Below are positions 9,992 through 20,534 of a stretch of 64,000 bases of DNA, one piece after another. The notes beneath the pieces are model-generated. The model was not told where the DNA came from. It ran no database searches and saw only the letters and a list, made by a program, of their open reading frames with translations. Each line of letters begins with the position of its first letter. Within the stretch, counting starts at the first letter, position 1. Source of the DNA: a bacterium. Lineage in GTDB: Bacteria > UBA8248. A program made the translations under genes and the position numbers. The stretch is from NCBI GenBank assembly GCA_965202625.1, contig CBDBBI010000010.1, positions 183,311 to 247,310 on the forward strand, written 5' to 3'.

Positions 9992-10561
9992 TTATTCTTG
10001 TCGCGCCCGCCAGCAAGCCGGATCGTGGCGCTCGGGTATCCGGCCTACGCTTTCGAGGTAGGCTTCGGTGATCTTGGGACCTATGAACGTGAACTCTTTG
10101 CGAAATATCTTTTGGAGCGTGGGCAAATCGTCGGGCAGGGAGGCGAGATAGCGGTTGAACGAGCCATATCCCTCTTGAATGGTCAGAAATTTTTTGGCGT
10201 TCTTGATGGCCGCCTCGATTTTCTTGCGATTGCGCACGACGGCCGGATTGTTCATGATGCGCGTGACGTCTTCATCCGTGAAGCGGGCGACTTCCTCGGG
10301 CAAGAACCCAAGGAACTCTTCCCTGAACGCCGCGCGCTTGTGAAGTATAGTGCGCCAGGACAGACCCGCCTGAAAAATCTCGAGCGTTAATTGCTCAAAG
10401 TGTTTTTGGTTCTTGCGGACGGGAAACCCCCACTCCTCGTCGTGATATTTTTCCATCACCGGGTCGCCCTCGGCCCATGCGCACCTTCTGGGGTTGGAGG
10501 GGATGTCTTTTCGCGTTCTTGAAGGAATATTTTCTCGCTTAGGTGAACCTAGAGGGGCCAT
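9992..10561 (-). CDS. tag: DNA-3-methyladenine glycosylase I
   Basis: RCAWAEGDPVMEKYHDEEWGFP aligns with the Tag N-terminus (ERCGW...YHDNEWGVP); HhH and Zn-binding C-terminus. The true start is probably a non-ATG codon ~20 codons inside the ORF. Confidence 0.85.
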   Translation of the reverse strand: MAPLGSPKRENIPSRTRKDIPSNPRRCAWAEGDPVMEKYHDEEWGFPVRKNQKHFEQLTLEIFQAGLSWRTILHKRAAFREEFLGFLPEEVARFTDEDVTRIMNNPAVVRNRKKIEAAIKNAKKFLTIQEGYGSFNRYLASLPDDLPTLQKIFRKEFTFIGPKITEAYLESVGRIPERHDPACWRARQE

Positions 10562-11235
10562 TTTTCCAGGTTCCAGCTCATGTCCCAGAAAAGGTATTCA
10601 TATCTCGTGCCCGTCAAAAAACGCGCCCGCATGCGCTCCCACTCGGCCGGGCACGCCGTGGACGCGGTCTCATCGAGCATTTCGCGCAGCCAGCGGGCGA
10701 GCTGCGCGAATTCGTCCGAAGCATAGGTTTCTATCCATTCGGCGTGGAGCGGCGCGTTTTCGGGGATGCCCCCCAAGGCGAGCTGCTCGCCGATGATCGC
10801 GTAATCCCATTGGCAGGGGAGCATGGCGGCGGCGATTTCTCCAAACGTGCCTGAAAAAGCCGCCTCCAGCAGAAAATCGGTGTACGCCTTGCACGTAGGC
10901 GCAGACTTTGTCGCCTCGATCTCCTCATCCGGGATGCCGAATTTCGCGGCGAACCCCCGGTGTAGCGCCATCTCTGTGTTCAGCGTGGCGTTCAGCAGGT
11001 CGGCGAAACGTCCCATCTCCTCCAGACGAGGTGCCTTCACGACGGCCAGAGCAATGACGCGGCTGTATTCCTTCAAGAAGACGTAGTCCTGGCACATGTA
11101 GAAGCGAAATTGCGTCATCGACAGCGTGCCGTCCCCGATGCCTCGGACGAAGGGATGCGCATGGATCTTTTCCCAGAGCGGCTCCGCCTCAGCGCGAAGG
11201 GCCTCGCTTATCTTCGTTTTAGGTTCAGAAGCCAA
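10549..11235 (-). CDS. tenA: TenA-family thiaminase II / aminopyrimidine aminohydrolase
   Basis: 228 aa; HPFVRGIGDGTL...FRFYMCQDYVFL...CQWDYAIIG signature of the TenA/THI-4/PQQC family. Confidence 0.8.
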   Translation of the reverse strand: MASEPKTKISEALRAEAEPLWEKIHAHPFVRGIGDGTLSMTQFRFYMCQDYVFLKEYSRVIALAVVKAPRLEEMGRFADLLNATLNTEMALHRGFAAKFGIPDEEIEATKSAPTCKAYTDFLLEAAFSGTFGEIAAAMLPCQWDYAIIGEQLALGGIPENAPLHAEWIETYASDEFAQLARWLREMLDETASTACPAEWERMRARFLTGTRYEYLFWDMSWNLEKWPL

Positions 11236-11242
11236 GACGACC

Positions 11243-11575
11243 TCAAAGATTGTCGAGGATTTTCTTTGAGCGGCCCTTCTCTAGGACTTCGCCGAAAGAA
11301 TCGCCCAGGTCGACGCCCAGCTGCTGGGCGCGTTTTTGCGCCCAAAGCCCGATGTTGCGGTCGTCCTTGTAGAAAGAGCCGTCTTGTGGTTGGGAGGGGT
11401 CGAACCCCTCAAGCCGCTGGGCTTCGGTCTGATGAGAGGAGAAGCGCGACATGATTTTTCGCAGCCTCCCTCTCCCGCAGGCCCGGCAGACGAGTTTTCG
11501 CCGATCCGATGGCCTCATCACCAAGTGGCCGGAGATAAAGCCGCATTCTTTGCATTCATACTCATATATCGGCAT
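11243..11575 (-). CDS. FmdB-family zinc-ribbon protein
   Basis: MPIYEYECKECG...CRACG: two CxxC pairs, the classic FmdB putative-regulatory zinc ribbon. Confidence 0.75.
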   Translation of the reverse strand: MPIYEYECKECGFISGHLVMRPSDRRKLVCRACGRGRLRKIMSRFSSHQTEAQRLEGFDPSQPQDGSFYKDDRNIGLWAQKRAQQLGVDLGDSFGEVLEKGRSKKILDNL

Positions 11576-12851
11576 TGTCTGAATCCCTCGTCTCCACCTC
11601 GGCGCCCAACGACGCCACGCGCTCGCAAAAATCAGGAAAAGTTATCGACATGGCTTCGGCAGTGTCGACCGATACCCCTTCTGGGGCGGCGAGACCGGCT
11701 ACGGCGGCGGACATGACGACGCGATGATCGCCAAAGCCATGGGCCGTCCCGCCCCGCAGTCCGCCCCCTTTGATGATGACGCCGTCCGCCAGTTCCTTCG
11801 CCTCTCCGCCCAGGGATTCGAGGACAGATCGCATGGCGGAGATTCTGTCGGTTTCTTTGATGCGGGCTTGGGGGACGTTCGCGAGTCTGGTCTCTCCTTC
11901 GGCGAACCCACCGAGAATGGCCATGATGGGCAGCAGATCGGGCGTGGCGTTCAAGTCGAATTCTCCGCCGCGCAGCCCGCTCCCGCGCACTCTGACTCCA
12001 GCCTCCGTGATGAGAACGTCCGCGCCCATCTCCTCCAGGAACTGGAGAATTTTCTTGTCTCCTTGTGGGTCGCTCATATCTAGACCCTCTAGCGTCACGT
12101 CGCCGCCCGGCAGCGCTCCCGCTGCTGCAAGGAAGGCGGCGGAACTCCAGTCGGCGGGCACGGTGATCTCGAACCCGGAAAGCGTCTGACCTCCCGGAAT
12201 GAGGAACTTCCGGTACTCGTCCCGCTCGTATCTCAGGCCCAGACGATCGAGCCACCAGAGCGTCATCTCGACATAGGGACGCTCATTGAGATGGATCGGC
12301 TTGATGACGCTTGTATTCTCGCCAAAAGGCGCGTTCAACAACAAGGAGGACGTGAACTGGCTCGTCGTGCCGTCCACCATCGTCTGGCCGCCGCGCCATG
12401 GGCCGCTCACCGTGGCGGGCAGTCGGCCACCCTTGCTGGACCACGTGGTCGCGCCCAGGTTGGTGAGCGCGTCAAGCAGAGGCCCCATCGGACGTTTTCG
12501 GGTCTGGGAGTCGCCGTCGAAGTGGGTTTTCCCCTCTTGCATGAGGGCGGCGGAGCCGAGTGCCATCCGGCAGGTGGTTCCAGAATTGCCCACGTCGAGA
12601 ACCCCGCGCGGCTCTTTGGGTTGAGCGCAAAAGCCCTTCACGCGCCAAACCTTCTCTGCCTTGTGAATGGCGGCACCGAGACTCTCGTAGACCGTGGCCG
12701 CCGAGAGGCCGTCCTCAGAGTCTAGGGGGTTGAAAATCGCGCTCTCGCCAGAGGCGAGGGATGCGAGAGCGACGGCACGGATGGAGTGGGATTTGGATCC
12801 GGGAACGCCGGTGGTTCCCTTCGTCTTTGAGGGTTTGATCGACAGTATCAT
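11562..12851 (-). CDS. aroA: 3-phosphoshikimate 1-carboxyvinyltransferase (EPSP synthase)
   Basis: 429 aa; LPGSKSHSIRA, ...RMAL..., full EPSP-synthase architecture; overlaps the downstream fmdB-like gene by 14 nt. Confidence 0.9.
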   Translation of the reverse strand: MILSIKPSKTKGTTGVPGSKSHSIRAVALASLASGESAIFNPLDSEDGLSAATVYESLGAAIHKAEKVWRVKGFCAQPKEPRGVLDVGNSGTTCRMALGSAALMQEGKTHFDGDSQTRKRPMGPLLDALTNLGATTWSSKGGRLPATVSGPWRGGQTMVDGTTSQFTSSLLLNAPFGENTSVIKPIHLNERPYVEMTLWWLDRLGLRYERDEYRKFLIPGGQTLSGFEITVPADWSSAAFLAAAGALPGGDVTLEGLDMSDPQGDKKILQFLEEMGADVLITEAGVRVRGSGLRGGEFDLNATPDLLPIMAILGGFAEGETRLANVPQARIKETDRISAMRSVLESLGGEAKELADGVIIKGGGLRGGTAHGFGDHRVVMSAAVAGLAAPEGVSVDTAEAMSITFPDFCERVASLGAEVETRDSDNADI

Positions 12852-12863
12852 GGCGGGTGCTTT

Positions 12864-13229
12864 TTAGAGGTTGTCGCTCAGATAGCGGCCGAGCGCGTCG
12901 CGAGAGTGTTCATCTTCATGGCATTCCACGCATAGGTTCTCCCAGTTGCGGCCGTCTGGAGGGTTGTTCTTATGGTCGCCGTCTCGGTGGTGGACAGTCA
13001 AGCTGTGGAGGTTGTTTTCATCAAAGTCCCGGCTGCATTTGGCGCAAAACCAACCGTGAATTTTAAGCGACTTTCGTCGGTAATCCGCCGCGCTCTTGCC
13101 CACGACCGCCGAAGACTTGAGGCGCGCAGCCACCTGTTTGGCGTTTTCGCCGGAATCAGCGGGGGGGCGAGAGACCCTCTCTCGTCCGGGGCGGCGTTTT
13201 TTCGCCCTGAATCTGATTCTCGCCATCAA
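12864..13229 (-). CDS. yajD: HNH endonuclease family protein YajD
   Basis: WFCAKCSRDF...LTVHHRDGDHKNNPPDGRNWENLCVECHEDEH closely mirrors E. coli YajD (WVCGRCSREF...LTVHHIDHDHTNNPEDGSNWELLCLYCHDHEH). Confidence 0.75.
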   Translation of the reverse strand: MMARIRFRAKKRRPGRERVSRPPADSGENAKQVAARLKSSAVVGKSAADYRRKSLKIHGWFCAKCSRDFDENNLHSLTVHHRDGDHKNNPPDGRNWENLCVECHEDEHSRDALGRYLSDNL

Positions 13230-13354
13230 GTCAACCTCCCGTGCGCACGTCTCATCCTAGCAAATCGCGTTATAATGGGAAAGATGAGAGGCTATCTTTC
13301 ATCCTAGTGGGAGAGAGCGCGGGTGCTCGCGCGTCCGGGCCGAGGAGAGCCTGA

Positions 13355-13978
13355 ATGAGGAGATTGCGGGGTCGCTGGTGGAAATGGTTGATTTTCATCA
13401 TGGCCTTATCTCCACTCGTCGGAGTCGGCGGGCTGTATGGGATTCGCGCCGTGGAATCCTACGATCCCTTTTGTACGGCCTGCCACTTGCAGGATCATCG
13501 GGATTATCTCGATGACGGAGCGCGTTCAAGGGAGCGGGTAAGGACGTTGGCCGGATGGCACGTGAGCGCGGGCGAGGTGAGGTGCATATCCTGTCATGGA
13601 GAGGAAGGGATTGGGGGGATGATTCGGACGACGATTTTGGCGAACAAGGACCTCTACAAATTCCTGATCGGCGATTTCGAGCAGCCCTCGCGCGTGTTTC
13701 ATCCCATCCTCGATAAGGACTGCACGAAGTGCCATGACGAGGAGCGTCTCTTGGAGTTGGCTGACGGCGCGTTCCATGCCATCACGGATCACGCGGAGCT
13801 CAAGGCGAACTGCGTGGAATGCCACAATGGTCACCGAATGGGCGGTGCGAGGGAAAAGGGGTTCATGGTGGCGGCGACGGCGCAGCCTCGTTGTGACGTC
13901 TGTCACGACGAACTGGAGCAAAAGGTGGATTTGGAGACGCTGGATCCGTTTCCCCGAAGCGGAGAATCTGATAGTTGA
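13355..13978 (+). CDS. membrane-anchored multiheme c-type cytochrome (NapC/NirT/NrfH-like), 5 CxxCH
   Basis: N-terminal TM helix; CTACH, CISCH, CTKCH, CVECH, CDVCH heme-binding motifs. Confidence 0.8.
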   Translation: MRRLRGRWWKWLIFIMALSPLVGVGGLYGIRAVESYDPFCTACHLQDHRDYLDDGARSRERVRTLAGWHVSAGEVRCISCHGEEGIGGMIRTTILANKDLYKFLIGDFEQPSRVFHPILDKDCTKCHDEERLLELADGAFHAITDHAELKANCVECHNGHRMGGAREKGFMVAATAQPRCDVCHDELEQKVDLETLDPFPRSGESDS

Positions 13979-14014
13979 GGGTGGCGGCTCACCTGGGTTT
14001 TCACCTCTTGCCTG

Positions 14015-14932
14015 ATGTCCGAAACAGGGCGGGTTTGGGGAAAGAATGAGGAAACGTTGCGATTTTTTGTCTTGATTTTTGCCGTCACCTTTCTTTGGGG
14101 TTTGAGTTTTCCCGCGGCCAAGATTGGGCTGCGCGGCGTGGAGCCTTTCACGTTTCTCTGGCTGAGGAGCCTGATCTCGGCCGCGAGCGTTCTTCTGATC
14201 ATGATCGCAAGAAAAATGCCCGTTCTGCCCCCGCGCCCCGGAGGCGGGAGAGAGAACGGCGACTTCTGGATCAACGCCTGTCTGCATAATCTCATGTTTC
14301 TCACCTATTATCATGGCGTGGACTACACTACGGCCGGGCGTGCATCCTTATTCCTCTACGCTCAGCCTCTTTTCCTTACAGCGCTCGCCGCGTGGATTCT
14401 GCCTCAGGAGAGAGTGGGGCTTCGCGCCGTTTCCGGCTTCATAGGCGCGAGTCTGGGCATGGTTCTCCTGTTTGGCGACAAACTCTCTTCATCTGGCGGC
14501 TCCACCTGGTTCGGGGACTTCGTCGTCATTCTGGCGGCTGCTTTGTGGGCGATTCAGTCGATTTTCCTGAAAACGAGGCTCAGAAGTTTTGACGTCTTTA
14601 GAATCACGGCCTGGACCCAGCTTCTGGCCGTGCCCCCGTTTTTTCTCATCGCCTCTCTCCTGGGGGAACCCTGGCCCGACCTTTCAGACCCCAACGTGTT
14701 CACGGGTGTGGGCTATAACGGCCTCATCGGCACCGGACTCGCCATGATCCCCTGGCTGTGGTTGCTGAAGGACTACCCGGCGGGCCGCGTGAGCGCGTTC
14801 ATGTTCCTGACGCCCGTCTTCGGGGTTTTTCTAGGTGCTTTGCTGCTCTCGGAGCCCTTGACGTTTCTCATGCTTGGCGGGGCGATTTTGATTTCAGCCG
14901 GAATTTACCTCGTCAATTCGGATTCGAAATGA
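14015..14932 (+). CDS. EamA/DMT-family transporter
   Basis: 305 aa, ~10 TM helices, duplicated EamA domains. Confidence 0.8.
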   Translation: MSETGRVWGKNEETLRFFVLIFAVTFLWGLSFPAAKIGLRGVEPFTFLWLRSLISAASVLLIMIARKMPVLPPRPGGGRENGDFWINACLHNLMFLTYYHGVDYTTAGRASLFLYAQPLFLTALAAWILPQERVGLRAVSGFIGASLGMVLLFGDKLSSSGGSTWFGDFVVILAAALWAIQSIFLKTRLRSFDVFRITAWTQLLAVPPFFLIASLLGEPWPDLSDPNVFTGVGYNGLIGTGLAMIPWLWLLKDYPAGRVSAFMFLTPVFGVFLGALLLSEPLTFLMLGGAILISAGIYLVNSDSK

Positions 14933-15250
14933 CCCATGCCAGGAAGCGCTTGCTGCTCCCGAGAGGTGTATCGGCAAGCCGACAGGTTTCCTCATTCTTG
15001 ATGCTGAGGCCCATTCCCCCCCTGCTCCATTGAGAGGGTAGAACATATTTTATTTTTCTATCCTATTGTATTTCAGAGGGATAGGTGAGGAGGGATTTCC
15101 GAGCCAGCCTAAATTGAGTAACTAGGGATTGTTATCAAAGGTTGAGTGGAATAAGGTATCCTAATGATTCCGATGTCAAAAATGGACTAGGAAGCTTCAA
15201 AGCTTGCGAGTCTCTCCTTCACGTTCGCTGGGGCAAGAGGAACAAGGCTT

Positions 15251-17875
15251 ATGTCATTCACTCCAATAAAAAAAATGATGGATCGCGTTCGAACCAATGG
15301 AAATGCCTCCGATTACGAGCTGTTTCACAAGCTTCTTTACGCAGGCGAATTTATAGCAAAAATAACCATTGCAGCCTTTGTCGCCTTGATTGACGACGAT
15401 CGAGACAACCATCGCTACAGGTGCGAGCATAGGCTCGTGAGAGCGGATGGAATTGGAGAGTGGGCAAAAAGCATTTCTGAAATCTGTACCGGACCAACAT
15501 CGCAACACCTCTCTCCTTCGATTCGGGACGCACAGCGTGTTTTCACAGAACGAGTCGGAAAAGGAAAAGATAAGTGGCAATATGAAGTCGTAGAAACCGT
15601 GCACGAAGTTTTGTCTGATATTAATCGTGATACTTCCCCGATAGAAAAAAAAGTCAGACTTCTCGCTTGGTTCATGAAGTTTGTTGAACTGCGGAATAAA
15701 ACCCGGGGTCATGGGGCACCCACAACCACTAAGTGCAAGAAACTTGTCCCGAAACTTCAAAGATCGATTGAGTTGCTGATTGCCAATAATCCTTTCTTTA
15801 ACCTGCCATGGGCTTATCTTCATCGAAATCTTTCAGGAAAATATAGAGTTGTTACGCTTGGGGGTGATGAATCTCATTTTTCGGAATTAAAGACCGCCGC
15901 GGCCTTAAAAGGAGAGAAAAAAGGAGAGAATTATCCAGATGGCATTTATTTGTGGGTCGAAAAACCAAGAGCAGTTTCTCTTCTGAAAAGCGATCCTGAT
16001 ACTACCGACTTCTTTGTTCCGAATGGTGCGTTCAATGGAAGAAAAAGAACCTACGAACTCCACTCACCCATTACCGACGATCGCAGCAAAGGAGACGCGA
16101 ATCTGTATCTTAAACCCCCGTCGAACAGGCCGCCTAGTGAAACAGAAGGGTTGGGGGAGCTAGACATTATTGGAAAAGTATTTACTAACCTGCCAGCAGC
16201 TCCGGTCGGTTACGTTAGGCGTCCCCAGCTCGAAGAGGAAGTAAGGGATAAATTCATCAATGACCGTCATTCGATTGTGACACTTGTTGGTCGCGGTGGC
16301 ATCGGCAAGACATCACTTGCGCTCATCGTATTGCATGAAATCGCTAAAACGGACCTATACGCAGTGATAGTTTGGTTTAGCGCGAGAGACATTGACTTAA
16401 CTGAAACCGGTCCCAAGGTCGTTAAACCCAAGACTTTAACCGCAAAGGATATTGAAGAAGAATATAGAGATTTGGTTACCCCACTTGGTTCTGATTTCAG
16501 CAACGGTAATATGTCAAAACATATGCACGAGTCTCCGCACGGTGGTCCGATATTATTCGTTTTTGACAATTTTGAAACAGTCCGCCCTCCGATTGATATT
16601 TACAACTGGATCGATATGAACATCAGACTGCCGAACAAGGCCGTCATCACTACGCGTTACCGAGATTTCAAAGCTGATTTCCCCATTGAAGTATCCGGCA
16701 TGGAGTATAATGAGGCGAAGGAACTCATTGAGCAAACTGCCAAGAAGCTTAACATTGAAGGAATAGTTGGCACTGAACAAATTGATCAAGTCATTGAAGG
16801 TTCAAACAGACACCCATATGTGATCAAGATTATTCTTGGAGAAATGGCGGATAGCCGTGAATTCAGTAAACCGAAAAGGGTGTTGGCCCGTAAAAACGAT
16901 ATTTTGGACGCTTTGTTCGAGCGAACCTATAGCAATTTGTCCCCACTTGCGAATCGTATTTTCCTTACCCTCAGTGGATGGCGATCTCTTGTGCCCCAGC
17001 TTGCGGTGGAGGCTGTGCTCCATTGGCGCAATTCGAATGAAGATGTTGATCCAGAAGCAGCGATCGATGAACTTGTACGTATGTCTTTAATTGAACGAAC
17101 AGTAGCAGAGGACGAAACCGATTTTCTTGGGGTGCCGATTACAGCAGCATTGTTCGGCAGCAAGAAGCTTGAAGTTAGCCCCTCTCATGAGTTGATTCGA
17201 AATGACATCCAGTTTCTGCGATATTTTGGACCCACGGCCACTATTAATTTGAACAAAGGTAGTTATCCGCGTATTCAATCTATTTTTAAGAAAATCTCTA
17301 ATCAGATCAGCGAGAAAAGCGTTTCTTTGGAAGAAATGCGACCAATGCTGGAGTTCATAGCAAAACATTACCATCAAGCTTGGTTGCTATTTGCTGATCT
17401 TGAGAACGAGGCAGGCGATGAACCGGAAAATGAAGCTGAATATATTCAACGTTTTCTTGAACAGAGTCCATCCAGTGAAGAAGCCCATAAGGCATGGATG
17501 CGCCTCGTTTCCCTCTACCGCACAATGGGTGGCGTCGATGGTGTTGTTGGAAGCTGTAGTGCTTTCTTAAGTGCTGCTAAGATTTTAGAGCCGGACATTG
17601 ATGATGTCAGCCGCATGGCAAATTATGTGAACAGCGATCGAGAAATCATTGATGGGATGGATGCTGACCAACGTAGCGCATTGCTAAAGCCACTTGCATC
17701 TCTTATGGAAAAACATCGGCAAAGTCTTTCTGCGACCGATTTGTCGCGGCTTGCATGGTTGTATCTTCACTCAGGAGAAAAAGAATGTGCGCGCCATCTG
17801 GCAGAATTAGGTTTAGAAAAAGATCCAGATAATGCGCATTGTCAGCGTCTTTATGAGAGGCTGAAATTAGAATAA
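15251..17875 (+). CDS. STAND/NB-ARC-type P-loop NTPase (874 aa): unknown N-terminal domain, central NTPase, helical/TPR-like C-terminus; candidate antiviral STAND (Avs-like) protein
   Basis: Walker [16 protein letters not shown] (aa ~345-358) and Walker [10 protein letters not shown] (aa ~434-442), as in NB-ARC; N-terminal ~330 aa with RNKTRGH (R-x5-H, HEPN-like) motif; C-terminal repeated helical hairpins. Gene and flanks (14933..17900) are markedly AT-richer than the rest of the window. Confidence 0.7.
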   Translation: MSFTPIKKMMDRVRTNGNASDYELFHKLLYAGEFIAKITIAAFVALIDDDRDNHRYRCEHRLVRADGIGEWAKSISEICTGPTSQHLSPSIRDAQRVFTERVGKGKDKWQYEVVETVHEVLSDINRDTSPIEKKVRLLAWFMKFVELRNKTRGHGAPTTTKCKKLVPKLQRSIELLIANNPFFNLPWAYLHRNLSGKYRVVTLGGDESHFSELKTAAALKGEKKGENYPDGIYLWVEKPRAVSLLKSDPDTTDFFVPNGAFNGRKRTYELHSPITDDRSKGDANLYLKPPSNRPPSETEGLGELDIIGKVFTNLPAAPVGYVRRPQLEEEVRDKFINDRHSIVTLVGRGGIGKTSLALIVLHEIAKTDLYAVIVWFSARDIDLTETGPKVVKPKTLTAKDIEEEYRDLVTPLGSDFSNGNMSKHMHESPHGGPILFVFDNFETVRPPIDIYNWIDMNIRLPNKAVITTRYRDFKADFPIEVSGMEYNEAKELIEQTAKKLNIEGIVGTEQIDQVIEGSNRHPYVIKIILGEMADSREFSKPKRVLARKNDILDALFERTYSNLSPLANRIFLTLSGWRSLVPQLAVEAVLHWRNSNEDVDPEAAIDELVRMSLIERTVAEDETDFLGVPITAALFGSKKLEVSPSHELIRNDIQFLRYFGPTATINLNKGSYPRIQSIFKKISNQISEKSVSLEEMRPMLEFIAKHYHQAWLLFADLENEAGDEPENEAEYIQRFLEQSPSSEEAHKAWMRLVSLYRTMGGVDGVVGSCSAFLSAAKILEPDIDDVSRMANYVNSDREIIDGMDADQRSALLKPLASLMEKHRQSLSATDLSRLAWLYLHSGEKECARHLAELGLEKDPDNAHCQRLYERLKLE

Positions 17876-18778
17876 CAATAGCTCACCATATAAAGCTCGC
17901 CCGCCTCCTTCGCCACTCGCGCCTCCTCCCTTACCTCTCCCCAAACCCGTAAGCGCCATAGATTTCTCCCGCATGATGCGCGCGAGCAGCCGCGCTTCCA
18001 CGCAGGGCGACAGAGCGTGAACGGGCGAATCAAAGTCCCAGTGGGGATAATCCGTGGCGAAGAGAAGGATTTTCTCCGCGCGCACCATGTCGAATATCTG
18101 GAGCAGATGCGCGTCCTCCTCGGGTTCCTCAATGGGCTGGATCGGCACCCGAAAGTGCGCGAAGAAATATTTGCTCGGCAGCTTCTTGAGTCAGAGCACC
18201 TCCGGGCGCATTCCCCGATAGTTCTTGCCGAGCCGCCACAGCAGCTCCGAAATCCAGGAGGGGCCGCTCTTGATGAGCGCGATTCTCAGCTTCCGAAGCA
18301 GCTCGAACACGCCCTCGCAGATGCAGCTGACGGCGTGTATCATGAAACACTGCTCATGGCCGTGTGCCATTCTATGTAGTCCGAAGCCGTGGGCGTCGGG
18401 GCGTTTCCCGCGCCCGTGCCGCCAAAGTGAATTCCGATCGGAAGCCTCTGCTCCTCGACGGCGGCGTATATCGGGTGATACCTCCCTTGCCATACGGGGT
18501 GTGCGAACCCACCGGAAAGAGAACCTGCGCCATGTTCGCCCGTTCGCCGACGCGCTCGATCTCCTCCACGATGTGCCGGGGGTTCTGGTGCGATGCCCCG
18601 TGATGGCGCCCCGCAGTTGCTCGTCTTTCTCCAGCCAGTGTGCGATCTTCCAGTCGTTGCGGGCGGGTGCCAGAGCCGCACCAAACTTGGGAATGCCCAT
18701 GAAGGAGACGTTGTAGTAGACCCTGTTCAGAATGGCGTGGCTCACTCCGTAAGGGTTCAGGACCTGCTCTAGGAGCAT
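17867..18778 (-). pseudogene. amidohydrolase-2 (ACMSD-like) family gene, degraded by multiple frameshifts and an in-frame stop
   Basis: C-terminal piece ...[13 protein letters not shown]... (frame of ORF 17867..18148); middle piece [19 protein letters not shown] (frame of ORF 18340..18684); N-proximal piece [22 protein letters not shown] (frame of ORF 18191..18778). Three frames are needed to assemble one protein. Confidence 0.6.
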
Positions 18779-19037
18779 GGCGAGGCTAGAGCCGACGAGT
18801 CCGCCCTCGGCGGGTATGGCGTCCTGCGGTGCATGTCGCCCCCCGTTTTGGAGTAGGGGGCGTTGGGCAACCTAGCGTAGTCGGTCTCCTCTACGTAGTT
18901 ACTCGGCCGGTAGATAGGGCAAGGAGGCGTCCATGGACGGAGGCGCGTGATGAAAGTCGGCTTCGTGTCCGTTTTTTCTTCCTCCCGCATGTAAGCCCTC
19001 GCGTCTCCTCGTTGGGGAAACGGGGCTTGTCTGGCGA

Positions 19038-19784
19038 TTATGCGAGCAAAAGACGAATCGATCCGCCCAGGGCGATGCCCAGCACGCAGAGGTTGAACGC
19101 ACGCCCGCTGAGCCTGTCCTGAACCCAGGCGCCGGCCTTAAGTCCCAGCCACAGGGCGGGGAGGCCGATGACGCTCGCCCAGAGGGTGTCCGCCGTGACG
19201 ACGGAAACCTGCCAATAGGCGATGACCTTGATGGGATTCATCACGGCGTAGAGGCTCCATATCGTGCTGATCATGGCGCGTTTTTCCAGTTTCTGGCTGA
19301 TGAGGATGGGGGTGAGGAAGATCGCCCCGCTGTTGGCGAGTGCGGAGCACAGCCCGCTCATAAGACCGAAGCCCGCACCCTGCCAGATGGGCAGGGGAGG
19401 GATGTCAAAGGGCCGGCCCCTGAGCTCGATGCCCGTGTGATACAGGGCGAGAGAGAAGCAGATGACGCCGATGACGGCTTTCAACCCCGCCCCCGGAAGC
19501 CAGGTGAGGAGCCAAACGCCGCAGAGGATTCCGAAGACGATTCCGGGGGCGAGAATGAGCACGTAGCGCGTGCTCCACTTCCCCCAGAGATCGAATGCCG
19601 CCCCTAGCCCCGCCCAGCAGCTGAGGAGCGCGATGAGGCCCAGGGAGAAAGTGGGCGAGAAGGCGAATATGAGGAAGGGGGTGATGGCGAGGCCCACGCC
19701 CGCTCCGAACGTGCGCACCAGAAAGCCGTTGCAAAAGGCCGCAGCAAGGACGAAAGCCCACGCGAGCGTGGAGAAATCGGGCAT
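19038..19784 (-). CDS. TauE/SafE-family sulfite/anion exporter (membrane protein)
   Basis: 248 aa, 7-8 TM helices, Gly-rich helices typical of the TauE/SafE (DUF81) family. Confidence 0.75.
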   Translation of the reverse strand: MPDFSTLAWAFVLAAAFCNGFLVRTFGAGVGLAITPFLIFAFSPTFSLGLIALLSCWAGLGAAFDLWGKWSTRYVLILAPGIVFGILCGVWLLTWLPGAGLKAVIGVICFSLALYHTGIELRGRPFDIPPLPIWQGAGFGLMSGLCSALANSGAIFLTPILISQKLEKRAMISTIWSLYAVMNPIKVIAYWQVSVVTADTLWASVIGLPALWLGLKAGAWVQDRLSGRAFNLCVLGIALGGSIRLLLA

Positions 19785-19787
19785 GGG

Positions 19788-20534
19788 TCAATTCGACTCG
19801 AGAAGCAGGCGCAAGGCTGCAGCGATGGAGAGGAGCAGAAAGATGCGCGTGAAGCCTTTTTGTGGAATGCGCTCAAGCGTCCGCTTGCCGCACCAGCTTC
19901 CAGCCCACGCCAGGGGAAAGGCGAGGAAGCCGACCACGAGCATCTGCGTTTTCACGACGCCCCCAAACCACAGCGAGGCGACCTTGAGGGGGTTCACCCA
20001 GAACCACGTGCCGAGAATGCTTGCCACCACCGCCGTTTTGGAAAGCCCCTGACTGATGAAGAACAGGCTCAAAACGAGTCCGCCCGAATGAAACATAGCG
20101 CTTATGATTCCGCCTCCCACGCCGATTCCCACCCCCGCCGCGGCGCTGATGGGCGGCGGCTGCATCTCTCCGCGTGCCTCCCGCCAGACGAGCAGAGCGG
20201 CGAAGCAGACGCACGCGACCCCGATTCCCTTGCGCAGCCAGTAATCCGGCAGGCGCACGAGCGCGTAGACGCCGATGATGATTCCCACGTAGAAACCGGG
20301 CACCAGAAAGCGCAGGAAGCGGGCCTCCCATTGCTTCCAGAACATCGGCAGGGCGAACAGGTCGGTCACCCACATGACGACGGCCACGATTCCGATGATG
20401 AAGCGCGTGGGCCAGAACATGATCAGGACTGGAACGAGAAAGACGCCGATTCCGGAGCTGAAAGTGGTTTTGAGAAAACCGACGAAAAAGGCGGCGATCC
20501 CGACGGCGAACAGCTGATGATTCGCGTATTCCAA
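19788..20534 (-). CDS. TauE/SafE-family membrane protein (tandem paralog)
   Basis: 248 aa, same topology; the two genes are separated by 3 nt. Confidence 0.75.
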   Translation of the reverse strand: MEYANHQLFAVGIAAFFVGFLKTTFSSGIGVFLVPVLIMFWPTRFIIGIVAVVMWVTDLFALPMFWKQWEARFLRFLVPGFYVGIIIGVYALVRLPDYWLRKGIGVACVCFAALLVWREARGEMQPPPISAAAGVGIGVGGGIISAMFHSGGLVLSLFFISQGLSKTAVVASILGTWFWVNPLKVASLWFGGVVKTQMLVVGFLAFPLAWAGSWCGKRTLERIPQKGFTRIFLLLSIAAALRLLLESN

